From assembly GCA_964622375.1 (NCBI GenBank), contig CAZUQA010000036.1, positions 24,811 through 48,810 on the forward strand: a stretch of DNA of 24,000 nucleotides, read 5' to 3'. A program made the position numbers and the translations under genes. The DNA is from an uncultured Erysipelotrichaceae bacterium (GTDB lineage Bacteria; Bacillota_I; Bacilli_A; Erysipelotrichales; Erysipelotrichaceae). The notes below the pieces were generated by a model, which saw only the letters and a program-made list of their open reading frames with translations, did no database searches and was not told the origin of the DNA. Shown here one piece after another: positions 1 to 7,184 of this stretch. Position 1 is the stretch's first letter, and each line of letters opens with the position of its first letter.

Positions 1-1
1 T

Positions 2-1078
2 CGTTATAGCCTACTGGTCAGTAAAAAGACAGTTGATGATTTGCAGGAAAAGGCAGAAATACTGACCACAGAAGTCTTACAACTGGAAAAAGCTTTGTTA
101 AAGAAGCCGGAACTGATTTCTGAGCTCGGTTTGCCAAAGAAGGTCTTAAACAAAATTTCTCGAATTAGAAGCGACAAGGAAAATGATGTCAGATTGATGC
201 GGTTTGATTTTCATCCCACAGCGGAAGGTTGGCGTTTATCGGAAGTAAATTCTGATGTACCAGCCGGCTTGGCAGAAAACTCAGCTTTGCCGAAGATTAC
301 CCAAGCCATGTTTCCTCAGGGGGAATTAGGGAGAAATGTTGTTGAAAGCCTGGGTCAAGCTTTCAAAAAACGGCTAGGGGGAAAGGCTAATATTGCTTTA
401 ATTCATGCCACGGCTTACGCTGATGATCGCCAAATTGCCTGTTGTGTAGCTGACTATTTTAATCAAATTGGACTGCATAGTAGTTTGGTGGCACCAAATC
501 ATATTGACTGGCGCCAGCGTCATGCCTATCTCGCTGGTAGCGAATTGCGCTTTGATGGCATCTATCGCCACTTCCCCTTTGAATGGTTAGCCCAGTTGAG
601 CGACAAAGCCCAATGGTTGGGTTACTATGACAGTTTGACCCCGGCTTGTAATCCGGCAATTGCGATTTTATCTCAGTCCAAAAGACTACCCTTACTGTGG
701 GATAAACTACAACTCGATGTACCGGGGTGGCGAACCATGTTACCGGAAACAAAAGCGCTTGAAAAAAAGGCCGGCCCGGGAATTTGGATTTACAAACCGG
801 CATATGGCCGCGTTGGGGAAGGTATCAGCATTAATGAAGCTATATCGGAAAAAGAAAGAAAAAAGATTCTGAAAGCCGTAAAGTATCATAAGAAGTATTG
901 GGTCCAACAACAGAAATTTAACAGTGAAGTTTTAGTGGGCGAAAACAATGAGCGCTTCCATTTGTGCCTAGGGGTGTATACCGTTTGCGGTAAAGCCGCC
1001 GGCTTCTATGGGCGCATCAGTGAGTATGCGCGCATTGATGAAAGAGCGCAAGATATTGCCGTACTAATCGGAGAATAA
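2..1078 (+). CDS. Glutathionylspermidine-synthase-family ATP-grasp amidoligase (YgiC/YjfC-like), 5' end outside window
   Basis: The frame is open from base 2, with no stop before the listed TTG at 41 and no ATG until deep inside, so the gene continues upstream. Blocks match E. coli YgiC/YjfC/GspS synthetase domains as I recall them: RFDFHPTAEGWRLSEVNSDVPAG, SKRLPLLW, IYKPAYGRVGEGISI, GRISEYARIDERAQD. Stop TAA at 1076-1078. Confidence 0.8.
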   Translation, partial: RYSLLVSKKTVDDLQEKAEILTTEVLQLEKALLKKPELISELGLPKKVLNKISRIRSDKENDVRLMRFDFHPTAEGWRLSEVNSDVPAGLAENSALPKITQAMFPQGELGRNVVESLGQAFKKRLGGKANIALIHATAYADDRQIACCVADYFNQIGLHSSLVAPNHIDWRQRHAYLAGSELRFDGIYRHFPFEWLAQLSDKAQWLGYYDSLTPACNPAIAILSQSKRLPLLWDKLQLDVPGWRTMLPETKALEKKAGPGIWIYKPAYGRVGEGISINEAISEKERKKILKAVKYHKKYWVQQQKFNSEVLVGENNERFHLCLGVYTVCGKAAGFYGRISEYARIDERAQDIAVLIGE

Positions 1079-1093
1079 AACGGAGGTAGAGTG

Positions 1094-1858
1094 ATGGATA
1101 GAAACTACGAGATATTTGAAATATGGGCGCCTAGTGACGGGCTTTGGTCACCCTGGGCAAAACCCATCCTATTCACTAATTTAAGAAAAGAAGAAGAACC
1201 TTTGAGTTATAAGACACCGGAGTGGCTTGCAGCTTTTGACCAACAAATGATGATTGTTCTCGATGTTGAAGGAGATAAAGGGGTCAAAACAGCTTTGGGC
1301 TTAGCCTTATTGGGTTATCGACCGGTTCCTTTATATAATGGCGCCTTAAATACCGAAGCCTATAGTGACAATGTGCAAGAAAAGTACAACATGGCGGTTG
1401 ACCCAACTGCTATCTCCAAAGCTTTGTATAGCGGTAGTCGCGATTTGGCTTTGCTTCCGCTTTCCAGAAAAGCGCCACCGGTCTTCATGTTAGACTCGGC
1501 CCGTTTACCGCAAAAGATTTTATCGGGCACAATTTATGATAATCGCTGGACCATCTTTCCTCAAGATTTCCCCTCGGCTACTTTTTTGAAAAATCAGGGA
1601 ATAAACAAAGTGCTGGTACGACAAGACAAAGTGAATGATGATCTTTTACATGTTCTCTATCGTTATAAAGAAAAAGGCTTGGAGATACTAACTTGCAGTA
1701 ACAGTGGGGCCCAAAGAGAATACTTAATGCCGATTCCTCCGCGTTTTCGCCAAGTCGGCTATCGGGCGCAAGCTTTCCTGGGCTTAACCAGCAATTCCAC
1801 CGGGGGCTTTGGGAAAAAAATTGCCATCGATATCAATTCGGGGTATCGCGGCGGCTAG
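1094..1858 (+). CDS. Hypothetical protein (254 aa) coupled to the ATP-grasp ligase; no family recognised
   Basis: GGAGG at 1083-1087 lies 6-7 nt before ATG 1094. The listed GTG at 1091 is too close to the RBS. The gene begins 15 nt after the upstream stop. The long ORF has protein-like composition. The protein ends in SGYRGG. I recognise no motif. Confidence 0.7.
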   Translation: MDRNYEIFEIWAPSDGLWSPWAKPILFTNLRKEEEPLSYKTPEWLAAFDQQMMIVLDVEGDKGVKTALGLALLGYRPVPLYNGALNTEAYSDNVQEKYNMAVDPTAISKALYSGSRDLALLPLSRKAPPVFMLDSARLPQKILSGTIYDNRWTIFPQDFPSATFLKNQGINKVLVRQDKVNDDLLHVLYRYKEKGLEILTCSNSGAQREYLMPIPPRFRQVGYRAQAFLGLTSNSTGGFGKKIAIDINSGYRGG

Positions 1859-1871
1859 ATTAAACAGAAAA

Positions 1872-1880
1872 TGCTATAAT
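1872..1880 (+). promoter_or_regulatory. Extended -10 promoter element TGCTATAAT
   Basis: Exact TGnTATAAT match, 20 nt upstream of the small ORF ATG at 1900. No good -35 is present, as is usual for extended -10 promoters. Confidence 0.45.
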
Positions 1881-1899
1881 GCTTCGGGGCTTATAACTT

Positions 1900-2031
1900 A
1901 TGAAGAAAAAAGTGGGTATAATAATCTTGATTGTCATAGTACTAATTGCGTTAGTTTTTTTGCTACAACAGTTTGGCGGAAAAAAACCGGGAAAAAAGCC
2001 AACTTGTCCCCTTGAAGTTGAACTCTGTTAA
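1900..2031 (+). CDS. Small membrane peptide, 43 aa (MKKKVGIIILIVIVLIALVFLLQQFGGKKPGKKPTCPLEVELC), absent from the ORF track
   Basis: My own translation. It has an ATG start, a KKK N-terminus, an uninterrupted 19-residue hydrophobic helix, and a Lys/Pro-rich tail with two Cys. An extended -10 lies upstream and a hairpin terminator starts at its stop codon. The SD is weak (GGGG at 1886-1889). Confidence 0.5.
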   Translation: MKKKVGIIILIVIVLIALVFLLQQFGGKKPGKKPTCPLEVELC

Positions 2032-2060
2032 GCGCGGAAGAAATTTCGCGCTTTATTTTA
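2031..2060 (+). terminator. Rho-independent terminator (stem 2031-2039 / 2044-2052, GAAA loop, then TTATTTTA)
   Basis: AGCGCGGAA/TTTCGCGCT forms a 9-bp stem including one G-U pair, followed by a T-rich tract. It abuts the stop codon (2053-2055) of the convergent Crp gene. Confidence 0.7.
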
Positions 2061-2700
2061 TAGTAAAGATATTCTTGTGGTAATCAAGAAGGCCGTCTTT
2101 TTTCAGTTTCATTAAAACTGCCGAAAGAGCAGAACGATCAACAAAAAGATAGTCGGCTAATTGTTCGCGGTTTAGTGGTAAAGTGATAGTCGAGCTTTTT
2201 TGTCTTTGTTTCTGTTGATAAAGGTAAGCCAGCAGTTTATCGCGGGTTTTTCGTTGTGCGGCTGTTACTAAACGGAAGTTCATAGTCATTACTTTTTCCG
2301 CTAAAAGTTGCGCCAAGTTAGCCATTAACAGCGGGTAATAAACCGAATTGTTACGCGTGATTAAATCTTGATAAGCCAAATAGAAAACCCGACAGTCCTT
2401 TATCGCCCGGATACTGAAAGGCGACTCAGCAATACCAGCGGCAACCAGGGCTTCACCAAAACTCTGGGGCGGAAAGATTTCGTTGACGATGTTACTGTAG
2501 CCGGATTCATCAATGTTATAAACCAGTAAACTGCCAGATAGTAAGATGCCGATGTTAGGCATGTTGTCACCACATTGAAGCAGGATATCATTCTTCTGGT
2601 AATTTCGATAACTGTGGGAAAATGCTGATAAAAAATCACGGAGTTGAGCTTCACTAAAATTATGAAATAGAGGGTGCTGTAATAAAAGGTGAATTGACAT
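2053..2700 (-). CDS. Crp/Fnr-family transcriptional regulator (215 aa)
   Basis: An N-terminal cNMP-binding-like beta-roll region (LFHNFSEAQLRDFL...GEALV) and a C-terminal HTH (REQLADYLFVDRSALSAVLMKLKKDGLL). I place the start at the internal ATG 2700 (MSIHLL...). The listed 32-aa extension to 2796 would run through the divergent gene's RBS. There is no N-terminal Cys cluster, so this is not a classical Fe-S Fnr. Confidence 0.85.
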   Translation of the reverse strand: MSIHLLLQHPLFHNFSEAQLRDFLSAFSHSYRNYQKNDILLQCGDNMPNIGILLSGSLLVYNIDESGYSNIVNEIFPPQSFGEALVAAGIAESPFSIRAIKDCRVFYLAYQDLITRNNSVYYPLLMANLAQLLAEKVMTMNFRLVTAAQRKTRDKLLAYLYQQKQRQKSSTITLPLNREQLADYLFVDRSALSAVLMKLKKDGLLDYHKNIFTIK

Positions 2701-2711
2701 ATTTATCTTTC

Positions 2712-2725
2712 GTTGTAAATACAAC
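2712..2725. promoter_or_regulatory. Perfect 14-nt palindrome GTTGTA-AA-TACAAC in the divergent intergenic region
   Basis: 6-bp arms with a 2-nt centre, 12 nt upstream of the Crp-family start and 54 nt upstream of the 2779 gene. It is a candidate operator, but it does not match the TTGAT-N4-ATCAA or TGTGA-N6-TCACA consensus. Confidence 0.3.
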
Positions 2726-2778
2726 CGACTCCTAAGCGCTTTAATTATACAATAAAAAAGTAAAAGGAGGATATTTTT

Positions 2779-3321
2779 ATGAAAAAGCAGATACAATTTA
2801 TCAGCCAGACCGCTCTTATGTTGGCTTTACTGATAGTAGTACAAATGCTTACCCGGTCTTTACCGACTTATGTAACCGGATCCTTGGTGAATGCCCTACT
2901 CTTATTGAGCACCTTTTTGATTGGCTTAAACAGCGGTTTATTTATCGCCTTAACTTCACCTTTTTTGGCTTTCATATTGGGTATTGGACCGGCTTTTATT
3001 CAGATACTTTTCTTTGTAGCTATAGCTAATGCCATAATTGTCACTTTAGCTTGGCTGTTGGCGAAAAACAGTATCAGTTCTACTACCAAAACCGCCAGAA
3101 TCAAAAGTAGCGGCGGTTTAGCTATCGCTTCACTGGCTAAGATGACTTTCTTATGGCTGGGTTTAGTGAAGTTTGCCTTGCCTTTAATACCCGGCTTAAA
3201 AGAAGGGCAAATCAAAGTGATCAGCGCTAGCTTCAGTTGGCCACAACTTATAACGGCTTTAATCGGCAGTGGCTTGGCTTTGTTTCTTGTGCCCATGCTA
3301 AAAAAGGCCCTGAAGAAATAG
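2779..3321 (+). CDS. ECF-transporter S-component-like integral membrane protein (180 aa); substrate unknown, niacin-type is only a context guess
   Basis: Strong RBS AAGGAGG at 2763-2769. About 5-6 hydrophobic helices and a size typical of solitary S components. No EcfA/EcfT genes are adjacent. It sits upstream of the pncA/pncB cluster. Confidence 0.55.
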   Translation: MKKQIQFISQTALMLALLIVVQMLTRSLPTYVTGSLVNALLLLSTFLIGLNSGLFIALTSPFLAFILGIGPAFIQILFFVAIANAIIVTLAWLLAKNSISSTTKTARIKSSGGLAIASLAKMTFLWLGLVKFALPLIPGLKEGQIKVISASFSWPQLITALIGSGLALFLVPMLKKALKK

Positions 3322-3341
3322 CAAATATTAGGAAAGTTTGA

Positions 3342-3350
3342 TGCTATACT
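3342..3350 (+). promoter_or_regulatory. Extended -10 element TGCTATACT
   Basis: TGnTATAcT lies 28 nt upstream of the rubredoxin ATG. It has the same ATGCTATA core as the elements at 1871 and 17596. Confidence 0.4.
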
Positions 3351-3377
3351 TTAGTTAGAGAAATAAGGAGATTGGCT

Positions 3378-3500
3378 ATGAAATGGGTATGCAAATTGTG
3401 TGGTTATGTTTACGATGGAGAAATCCCTTTTGAAAGTTTACCGGAAGACTGGGTCTGCCCGCTGTGCGGCGCTGAAAAAAGCGAGTTTATTCAAGAATAA
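3378..3500 (+). CDS. Rubredoxin, unusually short (40 aa: [40 protein letters not shown]), absent from the ORF track
   Basis: My own translation. Both rubredoxin knuckles are present: CxxCGY at residues 5-10 and DWxCPxCG at residues 24-31. AAGGAG at 3365-3370 lies 7 nt before the ATG. Stop TAA at 3498-3500. Confidence 0.85.
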   Translation: MKWVCKLCGYVYDGEIPFESLPEDWVCPLCGAEKSEFIQE

Positions 3501-3524
3501 ACAATAACGCGAAACTTACAAAGC

Positions 3525-3581
3525 AGGAAGCAAAGACTTTGATTAGGCTTTTATCGGTTATCGTTGTTGCTTCCTTTTTGT
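3525..3581 (+). terminator. Probable terminator: 9-bp stem AGGAAGCAA / TTGCTTCCT with a large 32-nt loop, then TTTTGTT
   Basis: Arms at 3525-3533 and 3566-3574, followed by a T-run at 3575-3581. The loop is atypically large, so an alternative structured leader cannot be excluded. Confidence 0.45.
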
Positions 3582-3623
3582 TGGGCAGGATACATTTGCC
3601 TGTCAGCATAAAGCGGAAAATAG

Positions 3624-3629
3624 TATAAT
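3624..3629 (+). promoter_or_regulatory. -10 hexamer TATAAT upstream of the pncA operon
   Basis: Perfect TATAAT 18 nt before ATG 3647, with GAGGA (3636-3640) between them. The -35 is poor (TGTCAG at 17-nt spacing). Confidence 0.4.
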
Positions 3630-3646
3630 TATATTGAGGAAAATAT

Positions 3647-4204
3647 ATGAAAAACTTACTGATAGTGGTAGACATGATTAACGGTTTTATCAATGAAGGT
3701 AATCTGCATGATAAGGAAATTGCCAATATCATACCGGCTTGCGCCAATCATATCGCGGAGTTTCTGGCTAACAAAGATGACGTCATTGCTTTTTGTGATA
3801 ACCATCAACCAGACAGTAAAGAATTCACAGTTTTCCCAGTGCATTGTTTAACAACTAGTAGTGAAAGTGAATTGGTTGCTGAGTTGCAGGACTTTCAAGA
3901 TGAGATGGTGGTAATTGCGAAAAACTCAACTAACGGATTTTTTGCGCCGGGCTTTGCGCCTTATAAAGAACGCTTAAATGAATATGAAAAGATCCTTATC
4001 GTGGGCTGTTGTAGTGACATCTGTGTCTTACAATTGGCTTTGAGTTTACGGGCTTACTGTAATGAGTTCAACTATGATTGTGTCATCATTGTTGATACAG
4101 CAGCCTGTGAAACCTTTGAAATACCGGGACACTTACGTCAGGACTACAATGAATTTGCCTATAACTTAATGGCAGCCAGCGGTATTACTTTAGTGAATAG
4201 ATAA
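3647..4204 (+). CDS. pncA: Nicotinamidase / isochorismatase-family cysteine hydrolase
   Basis: LLIVVDMINGF supplies the catalytic Asp, IAKNS the Lys, and VGCCSDICV the nucleophile Cys. FPVHC resembles the nicotinamidase WPxHC block. It lies immediately upstream of pncB. Confidence 0.8.
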   Translation: MKNLLIVVDMINGFINEGNLHDKEIANIIPACANHIAEFLANKDDVIAFCDNHQPDSKEFTVFPVHCLTTSSESELVAELQDFQDEMVVIAKNSTNGFFAPGFAPYKERLNEYEKILIVGCCSDICVLQLALSLRAYCNEFNYDCVIIVDTAACETFEIPGHLRQDYNEFAYNLMAASGITLVNR

Positions 4205-4221
4205 TTATCGAGGTAAAAAAG

Positions 4222-5670
4222 ATGAACGAAAAAGACTTGATGTTATTGACTGATTATTATGAATTGACGATGGCTTTTGCCTACTTTCAGGAAGGTAAAC
4301 AAAAGGAAATTGCTTACTTTGATATGTTTACCCGCAAAGCACCGGATGGTGGCGGTTATTTGGTATTCAACGGTTTACAGCGTTTTATCGACTTCGTAGT
4401 AAATTTCAAATTTACGGAAGAACAGTTAGCCTACATCCAAAAGAACAACAGCTTTACTGAAGAATTCATCGCTTACCTGAGAAATATGAAATTGAACATC
4501 GATGTTTGGTCACTACCGGAAGGAGCGGTAGCTTTTCCAAATGAGCCTTTGATGTGTGTGCGTGGCAATTGGATAGAAGCCCAAATTGTGGAAACTATAT
4601 TACTGGTATCGGTAAACTATGCGACTTTGATTGCCACTAAAGCCAGCCGTATTGCCGGAGCAGCCAAGGGGCGTGGAGTTTTGGAGTTTGGTGCCAGAAG
4701 AGCCCAAGGGGCTGTAGCCGCGCTTGAAGGAGCCAGGGCAGCGATTATCGCCGGTTGTATTGCCAGTTCAAATACCTTAGCCGGGTTTAAATATGATATA
4801 CCGGTCGCCGGAACCATGGCGCATAGCTACATCCAACTCTACGACGATGAATATCAAGCTTTCTTAACCTTTGCGAAACATCAACCGCATAATTGTACTT
4901 TCTTGGTTGATACCTACGATTCTTTAAAAAGCGGCGTACCTAATGCCATTAGAGTGGCTAAGGAGTACTTGGAGCCTAAGGGCTACAAACTGAAAGCTAT
5001 CCGCTTAGATAGCGGCGACTTGGCTTACTTGGCGAAGAATGCCAGAAAACTCTTGGATGCAGCCGGTTTGTCTGATGTTAAAATTATGGTCAGCAATTCA
5101 CTCAACGAATTTTTGATTGAAGACTTGTTGAACCAAGGGGCACCCATCGATTTGTTTGGCGTCGGTGAGAACCTGATTACCGCTGCTTCTAATCCGGTAT
5201 TAGGTGGGATTTATAAGGTAGTGGCTTATGAGAAAGATGGTAAGATCGTTCCAACCATCAAAATCAGTGACAATGTTGAAAAAGTTACGACCCCGGGCTA
5301 CAAGAAAGTCTATCGTTTCTATGACCGGGAGAATAAGGCAATTGCCGATTTGATTGCCTTGGCGGATGAAGTGATACCCTTGGAAGGTTATGAACTCTTT
5401 GACCCGGTTTCACCGTGGAAACGTAAATATATCAAGAATTACACAGTCAAAGCTTTACATCAGGAAATCTTTGTCCAGGGGCAACTAGTGTATGAAGCAC
5501 CATCCACTTTAGAAGTGGCTAGCTACCACAAAGCCGAGTTAGCGACGTTGTGGGATGAAGTCAAGCGTCTGCGTAATCCTCATAACTACTATGTCGATTT
5601 ATCGCAGCAGCTCTTTGACATGAAAAACGATTTAATTGCCTATCATCGGGCAAAAAACCAAGAGAAATAG
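4222..5670 (+). CDS. pncB: Nicotinate phosphoribosyltransferase
   Basis: The N-terminal LLTDYYELTMAFAYF block, GTMAHSYIQ and RLDSGDLAYL are typical of the roughly 480-aa Gram-positive PncB. GAGG RBS at 4210-4213. Confidence 0.95.
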   Translation: MNEKDLMLLTDYYELTMAFAYFQEGKQKEIAYFDMFTRKAPDGGGYLVFNGLQRFIDFVVNFKFTEEQLAYIQKNNSFTEEFIAYLRNMKLNIDVWSLPEGAVAFPNEPLMCVRGNWIEAQIVETILLVSVNYATLIATKASRIAGAAKGRGVLEFGARRAQGAVAALEGARAAIIAGCIASSNTLAGFKYDIPVAGTMAHSYIQLYDDEYQAFLTFAKHQPHNCTFLVDTYDSLKSGVPNAIRVAKEYLEPKGYKLKAIRLDSGDLAYLAKNARKLLDAAGLSDVKIMVSNSLNEFLIEDLLNQGAPIDLFGVGENLITAASNPVLGGIYKVVAYEKDGKIVPTIKISDNVEKVTTPGYKKVYRFYDRENKAIADLIALADEVIPLEGYELFDPVSPWKRKYIKNYTVKALHQEIFVQGQLVYEAPSTLEVASYHKAELATLWDEVKRLRNPHNYYVDLSQQLFDMKNDLIAYHRAKNQEK

Positions 5671-5681
5671 GAGGTAAAGTG

Positions 5682-7184
5682 ATGTCCCAAGTCAGTAATA
5701 TTGTCGAAGATAAAAGTTTAACCTACTACCAACAATTAACGGCTTTAGCTCGTTTAGGGGAAAGTACGGATGACACGATTAAGTACAACCCTTTGTATCG
5801 CCATGCGGTGGCTGAGCATTTACTTTGTGATCTCAATGAAGGCTTGCTGCCTTATCGGCCGCGCTATATTATTCCGCGTTATGAACTATTAATGGAGAAA
5901 GGCAGTGAGTTTTTAGGCATCACTAAACCCACAGATATCTGGGAAGCGACAGCCGCCTTGTTGATTATGTATCACCATGTTCCTTCGATCACCACCTTTC
6001 CGGTGTGGTTGGGCAATCTCGATGCTTTACTTGAGCCTTTCATTGATGATGAAAGCGAAGCGCGAAAAGCAATCAGATTGTTTTTAGCACATATTGATAA
6101 AACGCTTCCTGATTCCTTTGTCCATGGAGACCTCGGACCTAAAGCCACTAAAGCCGGTGCAATTATTATAGAATTGACCCAAGAGATGCAGCTGGCTGTT
6201 CCCAATTTGACTTTGAAGTACGACAAAGATCTTACCGAAAAAGACTTCGCGCAAAAGGCAATGAGGTGCATGTTGTTGTCAGCTAAACCGAGTTTCGCCA
6301 ACCACAAGATGTTCACAGCCGATTACGGGGATTACGCTATCGCTTCCTGCTATAACGGTTTTATCAATGGAGGTGGCGGTTATACCCTACCACGGATGAT
6401 CTTGGCGCATATCGCCCAAAAAGCGCTTTCTGTCGCCCATTTCATGCAGGAGATATTACCACACTATGTGGCTTTACAATTGGAATACATGGATCAACGT
6501 ATTGCGTATTTGGTAGAGAAAGCGGCTTTCTTTAAGTCAAATTTCTTAGTTACCGAAGGCTTTGTTGATCGTCAGCTCTTTGTCGGCATGTTTGGTATTG
6601 TCGGCTTGGCGGAGTGTTGTAACAATCTGTTAGGGATTACAGACAAAGCTCAAGGTTTCGGACATAACCAAGAAGCTGATGATTTGGGGGTAGCAATTCT
6701 CGATAAAATTGAAGAACTTCTAGAAGCCCACAAAGCACCCTATAGTGAAGGAAATAACGATCGCTACTATCTGCACGCTCAAGTAGGTATTGATACCGAT
6801 GGTATTACCGCAGCTCCCGGTTGTCGGATACCAATCGGTTTTGAACCACCTTTTGCCCAACAGTTAAAACACAGCACGCGTTATCATAAACTTTTCAGAA
6901 CCGGTATCGGCGATGTCTTCAGTTTTGATCGGACGTGGCTGAACGCTTTAGATGCGCTGAATGATGTCATCGATGGGGCTTTCGCCAATGGGGTCCGCTA
7001 TATTTCCGGTTACTTACAAGATGGTGATTTAATCAGAGTTACCGGCTACTTAGTCAAAAAAAGTGAAGTAGCTAAATTGGATGCCGGTCAAGCCAGCTTA
7101 AACCAAGTGACGGTGTTTGGTAAAGGGGCGCGCGACGGGGCTAAAGCTTTCCAACGCAGTGTAAATCATGAAAGCCGTGATTAA
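5682..7184 (+). CDS. yjjI: YjjI-family glycyl-radical enzyme (about 500 aa), substrate unknown
   Basis: The C-terminal glycyl-radical-type motif is DLIRVTGYLV (Gly codon GGC at 7044-7046). Size and overall look match E. coli YjjI (DUF3029-type) rather than 750-850-aa PFL-type enzymes. It is followed by an overlapping activase gene. GGAGG at 5670-5674 favours ATG 5682 over the listed GTG 5679. Confidence 0.85.
   Translation: MSQVSNIVEDKSLTYYQQLTALARLGESTDDTIKYNPLYRHAVAEHLLCDLNEGLLPYRPRYIIPRYELLMEKGSEFLGITKPTDIWEATAALLIMYHHVPSITTFPVWLGNLDALLEPFIDDESEARKAIRLFLAHIDKTLPDSFVHGDLGPKATKAGAIIIELTQEMQLAVPNLTLKYDKDLTEKDFAQKAMRCMLLSAKPSFANHKMFTADYGDYAIASCYNGFINGGGGYTLPRMILAHIAQKALSVAHFMQEILPHYVALQLEYMDQRIAYLVEKAAFFKSNFLVTEGFVDRQLFVGMFGIVGLAECCNNLLGITDKAQGFGHNQEADDLGVAILDKIEELLEAHKAPYSEGNNDRYYLHAQVGIDTDGITAAPGCRIPIGFEPPFAQQLKHSTRYHKLFRTGIGDVFSFDRTWLNALDALNDVIDGAFANGVRYISGYLQDGDLIRVTGYLVKKSEVAKLDAGQASLNQVTVFGKGARDGAKAFQRSVNHESRD

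Noticed and set aside
459-872. Listed ORFs 459..803 (-) and 660..872 (+) inside the ATP-grasp ligase gene
   Set aside because: They lie wholly within a gene with clear family motifs. Their composition is low-complexity or Arg/Pro-rich, typical of shadow frames, and they have no RBS.
1838-1858. C-terminal Gly-Gly of the 254-aa protein as evidence for a ubiquitin-like tag
   Set aside because: A GG terminus on a 254-aa protein with no recognisable beta-grasp region is weak evidence. No E1-like or JAB-type gene is present. It is mentioned only as a detail in the ATP-grasp finding.
1809-2015. Listed ORF 1809..2015 (+), 68 aa
   Set aside because: It has a non-ATG start inside the 3' end of the upstream gene and no RBS, and its sequence is not protein-like. 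The same DNA is better explained by the 43-aa ORF in another frame (1900..2031), which has a promoter and a terminator.
1999-2031. The 43-aa peptide as a graspetide/microviridin-type precursor for the neighbouring ATP-grasp enzyme
   Set aside because: Known graspetide ligases are RimK/MdnC-like, not GspS-like. The peptide's N-terminus is a TM helix rather than a leader. The T/K/E pattern (KKPTCPLEVELC) is too short to distinguish from chance.
2701-2796. N-terminal 32-aa extension of the Crp/Fnr ORF (listed start 2796)
   Set aside because: The extension would overlap the RBS and start of the divergent 2779 gene and adds a hydrophobic junk segment. The conserved domain begins at the internal Met (2700).
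3585-3606. Imperfect inverted repeat GGCAGG-N10-CCTGTC upstream of pncA as a NiaR-type NAD regulator site
   Set aside because: Only 5 of 6 arm positions pair, I cannot reliably recall the NiaR consensus, and no niaR gene is in the window.
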